DNA of 63,880 nucleotides, filler included, from Reticulomyxa filosa (taxonomy: Eukaryota > Protista > Foraminifera): the NCBI GenBank assembly GCA_000512085.1. It is 13 parts of 13 records of this genome, joined end to end, with 100 filler letters (N's around TTAATTAATTAA, not from the genome) between each part and the next. Parts side by side here need not be neighbours in the genome. Positions count along the whole stretch, not along the records: positions 23,781 to 33,828 come from ASPP01004938.1; positions 33,929 to 42,613 come from ASPP01022551.1; 11 more parts are not named here. One strand, 5' to 3'. The notes beneath the pieces were generated by a model that saw only the letters and a list, made by a program, of their open reading frames with translations, was not told the DNA's origin and searched no databases. Position 1 is the stretch's first letter. Every line of letters starts with the position of its first letter. Position numbers and translations under genes: made by a program. This document shows, in pieces, positions 24,568-39,004 of this stretch.

Positions 24568-26628
24568 TTACAAGATGACATGAAGCGACGGAAACAAATA
24601 CATAGTGTCAGGATGACGACTAAAAAAAGAGGGAAGAAAGAAAAAGACATTCTCCGCATGGATTGGCGAAGAAAAAAAGAGATAGCTTTAAAATAATAAC
24701 AACTATATAAAAACAATGGACTCACCATTTGAAATTTTTCCAATATTGCAAATACTTTGGTAGAAATACAATGACCCAAGTCATAGCTCCAAATGCGCCA
24801 GCCAAAATGACGACAGTGTAGAGTCCAGGATGCTTTGGTTTAAAAAAAAAATAAATCATGGGTACGTAAGTGAATAGAAGATAAGCTGACAGACAGCAAT
24901 GATTGAACAAGGCATAGTTCTTGGCTTTGCATTTATATAAGCGCACATTTAATGCAACAGTGGGCAATAATGGCAAGACGAAATAGAAAGTTTGTAAAAA
25001 GAAGTAGCCAAGTCGTTCACAAAAAGTGAGCGGCACTGGAGGCTCTTTTTGATTTGGATTGCTTTTTATCACTTTGCGAAAAGGCATGACTCCGAGACGA
25101 TTGCCATCTGAATCCACGTAAATCCATAAAAACAGTAATCGCACGACGCAAGACAGCGCAAGATAAACAATCAATGCGGTTTGACCAATGCCATTATACG
25201 AGTACTTTTCGATCAACACCTATCACATTTATTTCGCACAAAAAACGACGCTTTGCTCCAAAAAAAAAAAAATGATGGCAACAATAATGACAAAACTGGA
25301 AAAATGTTAATCAATTCCAACAAAGTGAGAGGGGCAATAGAAAAGAGCCACAGGCCCATAAGCGAGAACAAACGACATATATTCAAATAAATGTCCGAGT
25401 CTTTGGATTGTTGCAGCCACGCAAACATTGGCGAAAATATCAAATGGCAAGTGTTCATACCCATTTGAAACACCACGTAAATGATATAATTGCTTTTTGT
25501 CGCTATTACATTATCCGTCATAAAAAACAGCATATTCAATACAAATTGTACCAACGCTGTAAGCATATGCACCGGCAGCGAGTGTACCCCTTTTTTTTTT
25601 AAAAAAAAAAGACAACAAAATAAAGCTAAGTTTCACAGTTTGCAAACAATTCAAAAAAAATTTATATAAACATATATTATATACATATATGTTTATATAA
25701 ACATTTATATATAAATTAATAAATAAGAACAAACCAGGAATTAAAAGTAAAGTGTAAACTAATCCAAAGGGCGGTAAGCTCAACAAACATCGGAGCAGAG
25801 GCGCAAAAGGACCGCTCCAACTGCAGAAGGGAGAGTAGCAAAAGAACAGAGAGCTGTTAATAGTGTAGTTGAACAGAGTGACGCTGCTGGCGAGGATGGA
25901 CAAGACAAAGTACGTCGGGGAATTGCCAAAGAAAACTAAAGTGGCCAAGAGGAAATCGCTGACAATACAGCCCAAAATGATGAGCACAGGCAAAATTGAA
26001 ATGCACAGGTAAATGAAAAATCGAAAATGTGTATAGCATTTGCTTTTCTGATTGTTATTATTGTTATTGTTAGTTGCACTTTCATTTCGATATTTTATTA
26101 CGAACTCACTTAACAATGACTTGGTCTCATTTTTGTATACGTTTTCGGAATGCGATACTATTCTATCCTCTTTTCCTTTTCCTTTTCCCTTTCCTTTGTC
26201 TGTGTCCTTTTCTTTGCTTCCCTTATTTTTATTATCATTATCATCATCATCCTCCTCCTCCTCCTCCTCATCACCATTTCCATTTTCATCACCATTTCCA
26301 TCATTATCATTTCCTTCTTTCATCTCAAGCAGATGTTGTGCTTTGCTTGCATCATTCGCAACTCCATTGCTTTGTCTTTTTTGCACTGCACTTTTGTGTC
26401 TTTCTTTTATGCTTTACGTTGTATGCACATTTATTGTATACATATATGTATTTGTGTATCCATTTATTTCTTCATATATGTATATATATATGTATATACA
26501 TATATATGAATGTATAAATGTATATATATATGTATACTTGCACACATACACACAAAATCAAACTTGTCAGGCTTTGTTCTGGATCCTTTGCTTGAAGAAG
26601 ACTCATAATTTTCATATAATTGTTTCAT
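24568..26628 (-). CDS. Multi-pass membrane protein with an acidic/low-complexity N-terminus
   Basis: Exons across ORFs 25511-26386, 25213-25572 and 24722-25219 give roughly 9-10 hydrophobic helices. Last exon is CRHPDTMYLFPSLHVIL*. The start is uncertain, with possible upstream exons to ~27340. Confidence 0.6.
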
Positions 26629-27556
26629 CTTTTTTGGCGTCAACTGTTTTGTTTTTTTTTATTTGTTTGTTCTTCTGTTTGTGGGGATTGCCTTTTTTTT
26701 TTTTTTTTTTTGTTTGTTTTCAAAAGGATGAGCGACGAAAAGTATATTTGCTTTGTTGGATAAGTCATTGGAAGGGGGGGGGAGGAGAGGAGAAAAAAAA
26801 AAAAAAAAAACTTAAACGTTTGGAAAATGATCTCGCAAATACAAAAACTCGCTTAGCAAGGAGGCATTGTCTTCCATCCTCGTTAAAATGTTTTGATTGC
26901 TTGCAAACTACTTGGGGAGTTGTATTTTTGTTTGTTTGTATGTTTGTTCGTTTGTTTCAGGTTGCTGTCTTTCGCAAGGAGAGGGGAAAGAGGGGGAATT
27001 CATACGTACACGTTTTCGGACAAAACACTTCCGTTATGCTATTAATAGGTGTGAGATAATGTTGCGACGTAACGTTTGGACATAGAAGTGTGTTCGTGGT
27101 CACTGACAGCACCGAACGGGTCGGAGGAGGACGACCATTCTCCTGGTTCGCTGCTTCGCATGCGTTATATTGCTGGTCACTTACTTCTTTTGACTCTTCC
27201 AAAAAGGAACGTTCGTTTGGCGGTGATTCTTGGGGATCCTGTGGCCAAACGAAGCTTTTTTTTAATTAAGCGCGTTTTCATCAGATAAACAGGTCAAAGG
27301 ACAAATACCGCAAAGATCCTACCTTAGCAGCCACATCTTTCTTTTCGTATTACAATGAGAGTTTCCTCAAAAAAAGGAGCGTCACTAAAACGTGCGTCTT
27401 TTTTAAAAAACTATTCATCGAAAGTTTAAGCGTGTAAAAATTGGTCTTACGAGAATGAAAGTTTACTTGCTTTTAAAAAACCGTGTTTAGTAATTTGTTA
27501 CTGTTCAAACCTTTTTACGGGGTACCTCCACATCAAAAAAAAAAATAATAATTAAG

Positions 27557-29055
27557 ATGGCGTCACGCTCAGCAAAGGTGCTTTCATTTGAAGGTTCGGT
27601 CCATATAAAAGGTTGGACAATTGCATATATAGCTTGGCTACCGGCCCAAGGACAACTAGGCTATGTAAACGCAACCGACGTACAAGCAAAGAGGGAAATG
27701 ATGCCCGACGAAGGGTACAAGCCAATGGACCCAATATCAATGACAAGCCACTATGAGACTGTAATATGTTCTCATGGATGGCTAGACAACGCGAATTCGT
27801 TTTCGATGATCGCGCCATTGATAGTGGAAGAGTTACAAATGCGTGTAATTGCAATCGATTTACCAGGACATGGGAAATCATCGCATTCGCACACAGGCTA
27901 TTACACTGTCGAAGACTACGACGTTATTTATCTTTTTTTTCCCCCCTTTTTTTTTTTTTTTTTTTTTTCAATTCAATACAATTTCGCAAAACATAAATAA
28001 AAAACAACCACTTATCACAAGAACTAGAACAAATGTGTTATAAAAAAAAAAAAAGGTGACATTGATTCGATTTTTGCATGCGTTGGACATTCGTGATTTT
28101 CATATGTTGCTGCATTCTTTGTCGGCGTCACTTTTCCCTTTCATATCATCTCTGTTGCCACCAAACGTTAAAAATTCAAGAGAAGAAGGGAGGGGAGGGG
28201 GAGGGGAAAAAAAGGGGGAGAGGAGAAATTTTAATTTTTTTTTTTTTTTTTGGAAAGAATAGTGGAATGTTCGATCGCTAATTTGCTTGGAGCAATTTGC
28301 ATTTATGAGAAGTCAAACGATGTTGGAAAGAGTGAACTTGCACACGTTTTTGGACTATCACAACGATAGGATACAAGGAAAGGACGTAAAAATCGAAAAC
28401 AGCCTGGATGCTGCCAATGCACTGGAATCCACGAAATTGTACGACTCGTTGGAAGATATTGTCAAAGCTCGTGTATACGTAACTGAACGTAAATATCCTG
28501 GCAAACAAACGATCGCTTTCGAATCAGCCAAGAAAATTCTTGAAAGAAATGTTTCCAAGATCGCCACTATTGAAACGGAAAATAACCAACGACTCATCAA
28601 AACCAAGTATTATTTAAGACACGACCCTGCTTTGAAAGAGTCGGCCATCAACAACCTGAGTACCTTTGCTTTTCCAAGAAATGGTTCATTTATACTTTAT
28701 CTATTCTACATGTGCGTATACGTGTGTCTCGCTTTTCTTATGTGGCCATCTGTTTTTTTTTTAAAAAAAAAATAACATAGCTGATCTGATGATGGAGGAA
28801 TTGCTCGTTAAGAGACTCCACTGCCCAATATTATGCCTGTTTGCATCGCGTGGTTGGCCTGGATTAGACGGGTCGGCCAAGAAACTGCAAGCGAAAATGA
28901 ACAATTTAAAACTTGTTTATGTGGAGGGAAGCCATCATGTACACATTGACGATGCTCCCTTATGTATGCGACACATTACTCCTTTTTTAAAACAAGTCAT
29001 CGAAACTTCCAAAAAACAAAAAGTAAGTGACAATTCGCAACTTGCCAAACTTTAA
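27557..29055 (+). CDS. Alpha/beta hydrolase, serine hydrolase-like (SERHL) family
   Basis: ICSHGWLDNANSF, IAIDLPGHGKSSH, nucleophile elbow LLHSLSA, HDPALK, CPILCLFA and VEGSHHVHID. Four exons. Confidence 0.88.
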
Positions 29056-29557
29056 TTTTCAATATTTGAAATAAAACACAAATCTTTTTTTGTTTGCTTG
29101 ACTCCACTACCATTTTTTTGACAAAACCTTATTTTATTTCTTATTAGCAACTCTGGTTTATCAAGGTTTTTGTGAATTCAAACATTTTCATCAATCTCAT
29201 AGTTTTTATTCTAAATAAACTTTGTTTGGTGTTCTATTGCAAAAAAAAAAAACTCAAAATGCACCCAGGTCGAATAGTATTGGATGTACATCATTCACTA
29301 ATATGTGCAAAGCTCTTCCAATAGTTTAACTTTAAAAATTAATTTTTCCAAGATGTAATTGCATAAAAAAATGTCCGGCTTTCGTTGATTGTGGCATTAT
29401 TACTCACTGTGCGGAAATAACACTTCTCAAATTAAAGGAATTGTGGAAGTTGCAATCGCTTTTATTGAATAAAATTTGATGAAGCAAACAAAAAAGAGTA
29501 AAAGTTATACACGAAGTTTTTTTGGAACGGGGGTCTTTTTTGCTTTGCCTTTTTCAC

Positions 29558-29941
29558 TCACACAACTCCAAAAGTACAAAAAGCCTTTATTTGTTGTCTA
29601 GCAACGACAAAAAAAAAGACAAACAAGATTGAAAATGCCACAGCGTTATCCTTATTACAAGTGGTTACCGTTAGTAAACTTTGTGATCGCGGGTTCGGCG
29701 TTGCTGTTTCAAATTTCGGTTCTATATCCTTGGCATAGTGAAGTATCCGACCAAGTGAACGGCCTGCTGCAAAAAGTGCGTTGAATAACCAATCAACTCC
29801 TCCAGCGGCAGCACCTACGCCACCTGATCCGAAAGTCCCACCAAAGAACCATTGATGGACCGTTTCTTTTTTTGTTGCTGTGGGAGTTTTTGGTTTTGTT
29901 TTTTCTTCCTTTTTTTTTCGTCCTCGTAATACTTTTGCCAT
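29558..29941 (-). CDS. Small hypothetical protein with a basic N-terminus
   Basis: Open frame from ATG 29941 (MAKVLRGRKKKEEK...) with higher GC than its flanks. No recognisable domain. Confidence 0.35.
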   Translation of the reverse strand: MAKVLRGRKKKEEKTKPKTPTATKKETVHQWFFGGTFGSGGVGAAAGGVDWLFNALFAAGRSLGRILHYAKDIEPKFETATPNPRSQSLLTVTTCNKDNAVAFSILFVFFFVVARQQIKAFCTFGVV

Positions 29942-31211
29942 GGCCAAAGTTGACCTTTGTGTTTTATGTAAGTTACTGCGACCAATGGCGACACAAAAAA
30001 TTTTGGAAAAAAATTATTTTGTGATACTGCCGTTTTTTGGAAACATTTTGGGTTTTTTTGTTTGGTTTGTTTTTTTTTTGGTGATAATTCAATGTTTGTT
30101 CTCGATGAACCACTTTTGAGGGAACGAAAAGAAAATCTTTTTGTTACTAGTGGAAAAAAAAAAAGCTGCGTACATCCGTAGCCATTCGTGCAAGAAAAAC
30201 CAATACTAAAAGACCTTTTGTAACGGTTTCGTTGCTAATTTTTGTACAACTTTTGAAGGGAAAAAAAGACCAATTGCACAACAAAATCTTTAATCGTTTA
30301 CGTTGACTTTTTTGGCAGTTTTGTTAGGGAGATCAAACCGACACGCTTCTCCATTTTATTGGGCTTGTAAATTGTGAATGTTTCTTCTAATCATGTTTTT
30401 GCTTGCTGGAGGAATAGTATAAAACATTCGGAATTCACAACACTATAAGTAGGATTCTGGTTCGGATCAGATTCACGAAAACGTGACTGAAGGATTTACA
30501 ATAGAAATTTTTTACATTTAAGGACGCTATACGTTTGCCATTTGCTTGCTATTGTTGAGAAATTGTGAGGGTATTCCCAAATCGCATCCCTTTGTAAATT
30601 TTGTATTGGGATCAGTGCAAATTTAACTATTTGTTATTGCCAGTCTTTTTTTAAAAAGCAACGAACAACTAATCCGTTACACGGGTCGACAAGAAACGTA
30701 TTAAACTAGGCGTGGCAAAAACGCGCCAGAGCACTCACAAATACTTTTTAGTAAATTATACATTTGCAGTTATTTGTTTTTTTGTAATCAATCGACCTTG
30801 TCTGAACACTATTTATATATTTTTTTGACAGCTTTCAACCAAAGTCTTTAAAGACCAAAAAAAAGAAATAAAGCGTGGAACAAAGTAATAAAATTTGCAA
30901 GCTACTTTCGAAACTATGTATGAAAAGGTGAAATCTCCTGCGAATAATTGGCCAAAAAATTCTAAGCCACTAATAAAAACGTGGTCACTATAAAAGGCAC
31001 AGTTTGCAATGTCCTTTCTCAAAAGATCAAGATTTGATTCATTGTTGTGCAGATGGACTAATGCATTTGTGAGTGACAGGAGCAGAAGAGAAAGAGAGAA
31101 GAAGGAGACAAGGGTATGAATACGTTATGCAGAAAGAACTAATATAAGCCGCTAGCCGACCACCAGCAACAAAAAAAAAAAAAAAAAGCTCAAATTACAT
31201 TTACAAAAGAA

Positions 31212-32258
31212 CTATTGTTTATTTTTAACATGTAAACCATTTCCCACCAAGAAATCAAGAGTGGCCTGTAAAGCCTGCAAGTGAGCGTTTAAGCCATCAA
31301 CCCAAAGATTTCTATCTTCTTCCGACAAAGCGCGGAACTGGTAAACCCTGGAAACGGTGGCTACATCAAACTTGCGGCCTCGCGTGCTGTTGATTTTTCG
31401 AATTTGATTGACCTGAAGCAAAGGCAGGCAATTTTGGAACTTGCGACGTTCAGTAACGTCCAAAGGGTTGTTGATACCCTGTTCTTTTTTGCTCCATAGC
31501 AAATGGGTCGTGGTCACCACCAGCCATCGTTTCTGCCAACGTCCCATTTTGTCGCCCGATTTTTTGGTGACCCAACCCGACAACTGCGGCAATTTCAACA
31601 CCTGTTCCCTCGCCGCATTGAATTCCACCTGCGTTTTCCGAGTTTCTGTCACATTCAATTCCAATCCTTGCAACAAATGAGAGTTTTGTTTCGCAAACGC
31701 TGATTGTTCGGGTGACTTTGTATCCTGCGCTGTTGTGGTTGCTGTTGGCGCTGCGTTTGAAGATGACGTCACTGTCAATCGCTTCCTCGTCTCTTCCACG
31801 TCTATCGATTGAAGCGTCTCAATAATATCTGGCAACTCGGACACCTCTTTCATCTCGGTTTTCGTTTCCTCTGCTTTCTTGTCTTTATCCTTTTCTTCAC
31901 TTTTCTTCTTTGCGTCTTTTGCTAGTTGCGAAAATTTTGTCATCCATTGTGGCAACTTACCTGGTTCATTTGTCGTCTCGGTTAGTGTCTCTTCTATGTC
32001 CTCTTCATCTTCTGCTTCGTCCAAGTCCACTTCTTCCTCTTTTTTTTTTTTTTTTTTTGTTTTGTTTTTTGTTTTTTTTTTGAAAAAAGGGAACAATATT
32101 GAAGAGCTGTGCATGTTCGCACCGTCGTCAAACTCCAAATCTTTCAACCATGCTTCTTTGTCATTTAACTCATCCAAACAAAGCAAGACATCCAAACCCA
32201 AGCTTAATGGGGTCACACTTCGTTCCAATTTTGTCACTGTTGGTCTTGGCTTTGACAT
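31212..32258 (-). CDS. Pleckstrin homology (PH) domain protein
   Basis: LSGWVTKKSGDKMGRWQKRWLVV...LLW...FDVATVSRVYQFRALSEEDRNLWVDGL. Probable in-frame A-rich intron at ~32122-32042. Confidence 0.88.
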   Translation of the reverse strand: MSKPRPTVTKLERSVTPLSLGLDVLLCLDELNDKEAWLKDLEFDDGANMHSSSILFPFFKKKTKNKTKKKKKKEEEVDLDEAEDEEDIEETLTETTNEPGKLPQWMTKFSQLAKDAKKKSEEKDKDKKAEETKTEMKEVSELPDIIETLQSIDVEETRKRLTVTSSSNAAPTATTTAQDTKSPEQSAFAKQNSHLLQGLELNVTETRKTQVEFNAAREQVLKLPQLSGWVTKKSGDKMGRWQKRWLVVTTTHLLWSKKEQGINNPLDVTERRKFQNCLPLLQVNQIRKINSTRGRKFDVATVSRVYQFRALSEEDRNLWVDGLNAHLQALQATLDFLVGNGLHVKNKQ

Positions 32259-33487
32259 CTGTGTCAATATTATATTCTTTTTTTTCTGTTCCCCTCGTCT
32301 TCGCCGTTCAGTACTTTTTGTACCAAAACTGTAAACAGAATCAACAAAAAAACTGCTTTGTAAAATGATGCTAGATGTTCCATTTCTCTTATCCATTTTT
32401 TTGGACTTGTCCACTTTTAAAACATTTCATAACGCAAAAAAAAAACGAAACAATAAAATTTGTTTTTCTTCGGTGTACAGTTTTTTTGTTGTCACTCCAT
32501 TGCTTCTATTTCACCTATAATTTGTTGTTATTCTGTTATTTTACTGGTTCTACTTGTAGTATGTTGTTAATATTTCAATCAAATGATTATTGAATCGATA
32601 TTGAAACTGGTAATCGATATTCTTCTTGTCCTATAGAAATCCTTCTTGATTTTTTATGTTTCTGTTTTTATTTTTGATATGTGTCTTTTTGTTCATAGTT
32701 TAAACGCTTTTCAATTTTTTTTTTACTTCCGTTATCTTTTTCATTATTGTTTTTGCGAGAGAGATCGTTGAATTATTAGGATGCAGTTGATTATGTCAAC
32801 TATCGCTTTTTTATAATTTCTTTTTAAATTTTCAACAAATTCATGTGTCTATTCATGAATGTCCATAGGGATTCATTTTGGGGAATCTTTTTTTTAGTTG
32901 TTGTTGTATATTCCTGAAAAAAATTTTGCTTAAAATCAAGTTGGTAGTGGCGTTTTTTCCGATAGATTTCCTTTATCAGCAGAAAAAACTAAATTACATA
33001 TTAAATTGTTTTCCAATGAAAAATAATTAATTCAAATAAGGAAGGTATTGATAAAATACCAAAATATCTGAAAAGTATTGGACAGCCGAATTTGCCATTT
33101 ACCAAATTTTTCACAAAATTGGAAAATTTTTGATACCTTTTGCACCGCAGATACTAATGTTACTTATTTTCAAATAAACTATAAACATTTACCATGAGCC
33201 AATCTTTAATTTATATATTTTTAGATGTATATATCATTTAAAAAATTTCGTGAATAAATTGCAAGAATTTGTAGATGTTTGCTTTAGAGGTGTTTTTTTG
33301 CGGACTGTGAATTAATACATTAAAATACCAAATTAAGCCAGTCAGGAAACAATAAAGCTTTTTTGCAATAATCAATGTAAAGAAAAATAATTGATATCTA
33401 TGCATTAATTGAAAATTAAATGTCTGTTGTTTACTTTTCTTCATATGCAATCTTTTAATTTATGTAAAATGAACCACTCAAGATTGG

Positions 33488-33828
33488 TTATTCAAAATCT
33501 TCACTCGTGAGTACGTCGAATTCTTTCTTTGCTCCCGTACCACGAAAATAAAATTTGACGATTTCCATGGTTTGGAGCCTACACAGAATTATAGGCAATA
33601 TTTTCTCTGTTATTGCTTCTAGCAATACTCCTATCGCTGCTCCTGCTATTGCTCCTATCGCTATTCCTGCCACTGCTCCTAACATTGCTCCTACCTTTGC
33701 TCCTGCCACTGTCATTGCCATTGTCCCTGCTCCTGTTCCTGCCACTGTCGTTGCTCCTGCCACTGTTCCTGCCATTGCTCCTGTTCCTGCCACTGTTCCT
33801 GCCATTGTCGTTGCTCCTGCCACTGTTC
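33488..33828 (-). CDS. C-terminal fragment of a Gly/Ala/Thr repeat protein with a glycine zipper
   Basis: Tandem (GCAGGAACAGTG)-like repeats encoding AGTV/AGAT, followed by GAMLGAVAGIAIGAIAGAAIG. Truncated by the spacer. Confidence 0.55.
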
Positions 33829-34111
33829 NNNNNNNNNNNNNNNNNNNNNNNNNNNNNNNNNNNNNNNNNNNNTTAATTAATTAANNNNNNNNNNNNNNNN
33901 NNNNNNNNNNNNNNNNNNNNNNNNNNNNAGTACTTTGAACAAAGAGTAGTAACACTCGGTTTCAACGCATTAGTCTTTCTCGTAAAAGAAGCGCAACTCT
34001 TTATTGCAAAAGGTGACATGTACAGACGTCGACAGTAACCCAGCGGAACTTAGGCCATCTTCATTCATATTGTAAAATTCCCCCTGTATTGGTAATCGTC
34101 GAGATCAAAAC

Positions 34112-35152
34112 ATGACAAAAGAAGGAGCAGAAAAAGAGTACAAGATGGTGGTCATGGGAGGAGGTAGATTTTTTGTGTTGTTTGAATAAATGGGAATGTC
34201 TCTCTCGCCTCTCCTTCCTCCTGTTCCACAAAGAGAGAAAAAAAAAAAGTATAAAACGAAAAACACAGGTGGTGTCGGCAAATCAGCTCTGACCATTCGT
34301 TTGATATCAGGAAATTTCTTGGACGAATATGACCCAACCGTTAGTTTTTTTTTTAAGTACAGCAAAATTTTAAACAAAACCAAGAAATTTTTTTTTTTTA
34401 TGTAAAGCCAAAAAAAAAAAAAGAAATGAGTTGTTTGGGGGGTGGTATGGGGACGGTCTATTTTTTTCTTCGAAATGGAATGTTAGATCGAGGACTCGTA
34501 TCGAAAGACAGTTGAAATCGATGGAATACCAGCGACACTGGATATTTTAGATACTGCCGGACAAGATGAGTTTGCGGCAATGAGAGACTTGTGGATCAGA
34601 GAGGCAAAAGGATTCCTGCTAGTCTATGCGATAACCTGGTCGTCTTCATTCAACCAAGTCCAGGAAATGTTTCAAAAAATCCACCGAATTAAAGAAGAAG
34701 AGTTGAATCAAATTGCTATTGTTTTAGTCGGTACGTTTTTTTTTTTAAAAAACTTTTGTGTACGTAAAAGGGGGTTTTTTTTTTACAATCCTTTTTTTTT
34801 TAACCCCTTTTTTATTTTTTTAATAAAAAATTTAAAAAGTGCTTTAAATTGACAATAACAATAAAAACAACAATAATAATAATAATAATAATAATAACAA
34901 AAAATAGGAAATAAATGTGACTTAGCAGACAGTAGAACAGTGTCGATGGAACAAGGACAAAACTTGGTTGACCAATGGAAAAAAGAAGGAGTTAGCGCAG
35001 CATTTTTTGAAGCAAGTGCAAAGGCTCAAATAAATAATGAAGAGTGCTACTTTGAAATTGTTCGACAATTGAGAAGGAAGGAAAATATTGTCGGCCCTGG
35101 TGATGACACTGGAAAAAGTGGAGGAAATTCGTGTGCTTGCACTATGTTGTAA
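34112..35152 (+). CDS. RAS: Ras-family small GTPase
   Basis: YKMVVMGG|GGVGKSALT, effector loop YDPT|[19 protein letters not shown]|NKCDL, EASAK and C-terminal SCACTML (CAAX plus an upstream Cys). Four exons. Confidence 0.95.
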
Positions 35153-35877
35153 TGTAAACGAGACAAACAAATTTCAATTTTATCATTTGATTTGTTTTCT
35201 TCATCTCTCTTTTTTATTTTTTGCCTCCTTCCTCTTTCTTCTTCCTCTTATAAAATCCCACTCATCAGGGAGTTGATGTCTTCGCAGTTGTTATAATAAT
35301 TCTCCCTGTGCTTTTTTTTCACTGCACGTTACTCTTACTTCCTCTCTCTTATCCTCGTTTCAGAGAGCTTTGTCTATTTTATATTTTTTAATTTGATGCT
35401 GTTGTGAGAATAGAACGAATTTTCATTAAAATAGAATGCTGGTTGTTGTATGTTTTGATTTTCTTTTGACATATCATTTGTTAACTGAACCTTTTTTCAA
35501 AAGTAACAAATTTGATTGTTTTCTTTGGCAACAAGGTTGGTATTAACATTTTGCGTTGTGGTTGTAGTTGGACTGAAAAAGAATATTTTTGAAATGTATT
35601 TTCGTCCAAATGAACGGAAAAAATATTCAGAAAAGGAATCTGTTGCTTAGATTTTTTTTTCCTTTTATTGAAAGATTACTTTTTCCAATTAATTACAGCA
35701 AACAAGTATCACTCAGGAAATTGTTTTAACAAATGTTTATTATATGTTGAAAAAAGTATATTGACTACTCCACAGTTACACAGTGAGTGTAAAAAAAGAA
35801 AGAGTTCAAATGGTATATGATTGAGAAAAACTCAATTTTATTTGTAAAGATAATCAATAATAATATAATAAATTGTG

Positions 35878-37087
35878 ATGGAGAGAGAGGTCCAAGAGCA
35901 AAGCCAACGGTCTCCATTATCCTTAGTGAGAGCAGGGACAAACTTTTTGACGAGACATAAAGTGTTTTCATTGACGTGGGTGGTGGGTCTGCTGATTGCC
36001 CTCTTTGCAGAAGGATTGGGAGTGGATAAGACTACCCGACTGGAATATCGTAATGTTGAGTGCATTTGTGAGACATTATGTGCACCAATCAACTAACTTA
36101 ATAACACACGATTTCACAAAATAAATAACGGAGATATGATCTAAAATGCGTACAATTTGTGTATGTGTTTATTTTTTTCGTTGTTTTTTTTTGGAGAACA
36201 ATGCGAGAACTCCTGGAACTGTGTATTGAGGAGTGAGAGCAACTTTGCAGTGATATTGTGTTAATGCAAGTGCAAATACAAATGCAACACAACAACAACA
36301 ATTGACAACAGCTAGTGTACGAAGCAGAAGACTTCGCGGCGACACGAATGCGAAACCACCAACTTGCCACAAACGACGCCTTTAAAGCATACTACAAAGC
36401 CAAAGGTTGGATCTCATGTAACCTCGAATGCCAGTACTACTATCAGCGCTATTTGGAAGCCAATGCCCAATTGCGAGTGGCTGAGGTATGTACAAGACCT
36501 CTTTCCTCCCCCCCTCCCTCCCTCCCCAAAAAAAGGGGGAAAGGGGTGACAAAAAAAAAAAAAATTTTAAAAATCCCCCTTTTTTTTTTAAAATAAATAA
36601 ATAAATAAAGCGTGAGTACAACGATAAGTTGTCTGTTGCTCGAAAAACTGTGGGCATCTTTAGCGTCTATGGCGTCGAAGATGCAAGGAATTTGTTTTGG
36701 TCTTGCTGGGAGTCAGGCAAGGGCTTGGCCAAGAGGATGTCTTGGTACGACTCGCTGTTTTTGTTGTTTGATTCAAGGGATGAGTCGTGGATTATGGTGC
36801 TTCGCTTGTTGGGCCAAGTGATCATCAACTTCACCATTGGCTTCATTTGGGCCTTTTTCGAGTTCATGTGGAACTTGATTTGGTTTGTCTGGTCCTATGG
36901 CCATGGCCTCACTGGGCTGGCCTTCTTCATCGTCGCCAGTGTCGCTGCCTTTGGCTATGTCACCAGCATCATTGCACTCATGTACTTTGGCGCTGCTGGG
37001 GCAGTCGCTGGGGTTATCGCTTATGCCAATAGGAGAGGCTTGGCGGCGCCGGGGGGACGTCAACAACAGCATCTTCATTTTCAATGA
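35878..37087 (+). CDS. Conserved-looking multi-pass membrane protein of unknown function
   Basis: Three exons: an N-terminal TM helix, a YYKAKGWISCNLEC segment, and GIFSVYGVEDARNLFW...KRMSWYD followed by 2-3 TM helices. Confidence 0.7.
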
Positions 37088-37773
37088 TATTTTTTTTTTT
37101 CTTTCTGATGTTTTCTTCTTCACTTTCTATCCCAATTTCTCAATGCAATATTTCCTCGTCATCATGTCTTCTTCCTTCTCATACACTTAATACATGTTAC
37201 ATTGTTTCGCATTCGAATGTCTTCCAGTGCCAATGTTTTCTTTTTTTTTTTTTTTATAATCATTTAATGGTTTTAAAACTTTTTTTTAAGAAGACGCATC
37301 ATGCATTCAACATTTTTGTAACTTCAGTTGTAAATAAATACTCAAATAGCTTTTGTAACGCCATAAAATTAAATAAATTTAAACATGCACATTTTTAAAG
37401 TTAACAATAAGCAAGGACAAGAAATAATTTCTTGAAGTGTCACTTTCAGCAAGTATTGTCTTGCGTTATAAAGATTTCAAAAAATGCAACGCAAAACGCG
37501 TTCTCACGTCTGAACTTGTCAAGTACAAGTAGGTTAACACAATTTACATTTTATTAGCAATAGCAGTTACATTTTCATTTTTTTGCTTGAAAACACATTT
37601 TTTGTCACTTGCATCATTCTCTCACCAGGTCAAACAAAGGATTAAAAAAAAAGTTCAACAAAGAAAAAGGTGGCCGCAAAGGATTTTTCTTTTTTTGTTT
37701 TACTTGTTTTTTGGTTGTCTTTCTTTGTTAATTTTTATCGGTGCTTAAAGCTTTTCCAAGAAAAAAGAAAAAA

Positions 37774-39004
<1,231 letters not shown>

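Noticed and set aside
26052-27059. 335-aa + strand ORF
   Set aside because: It lies antisense to the membrane-protein gene and runs through TA microsatellite and poly-T/A tracts, with no coherent protein features.
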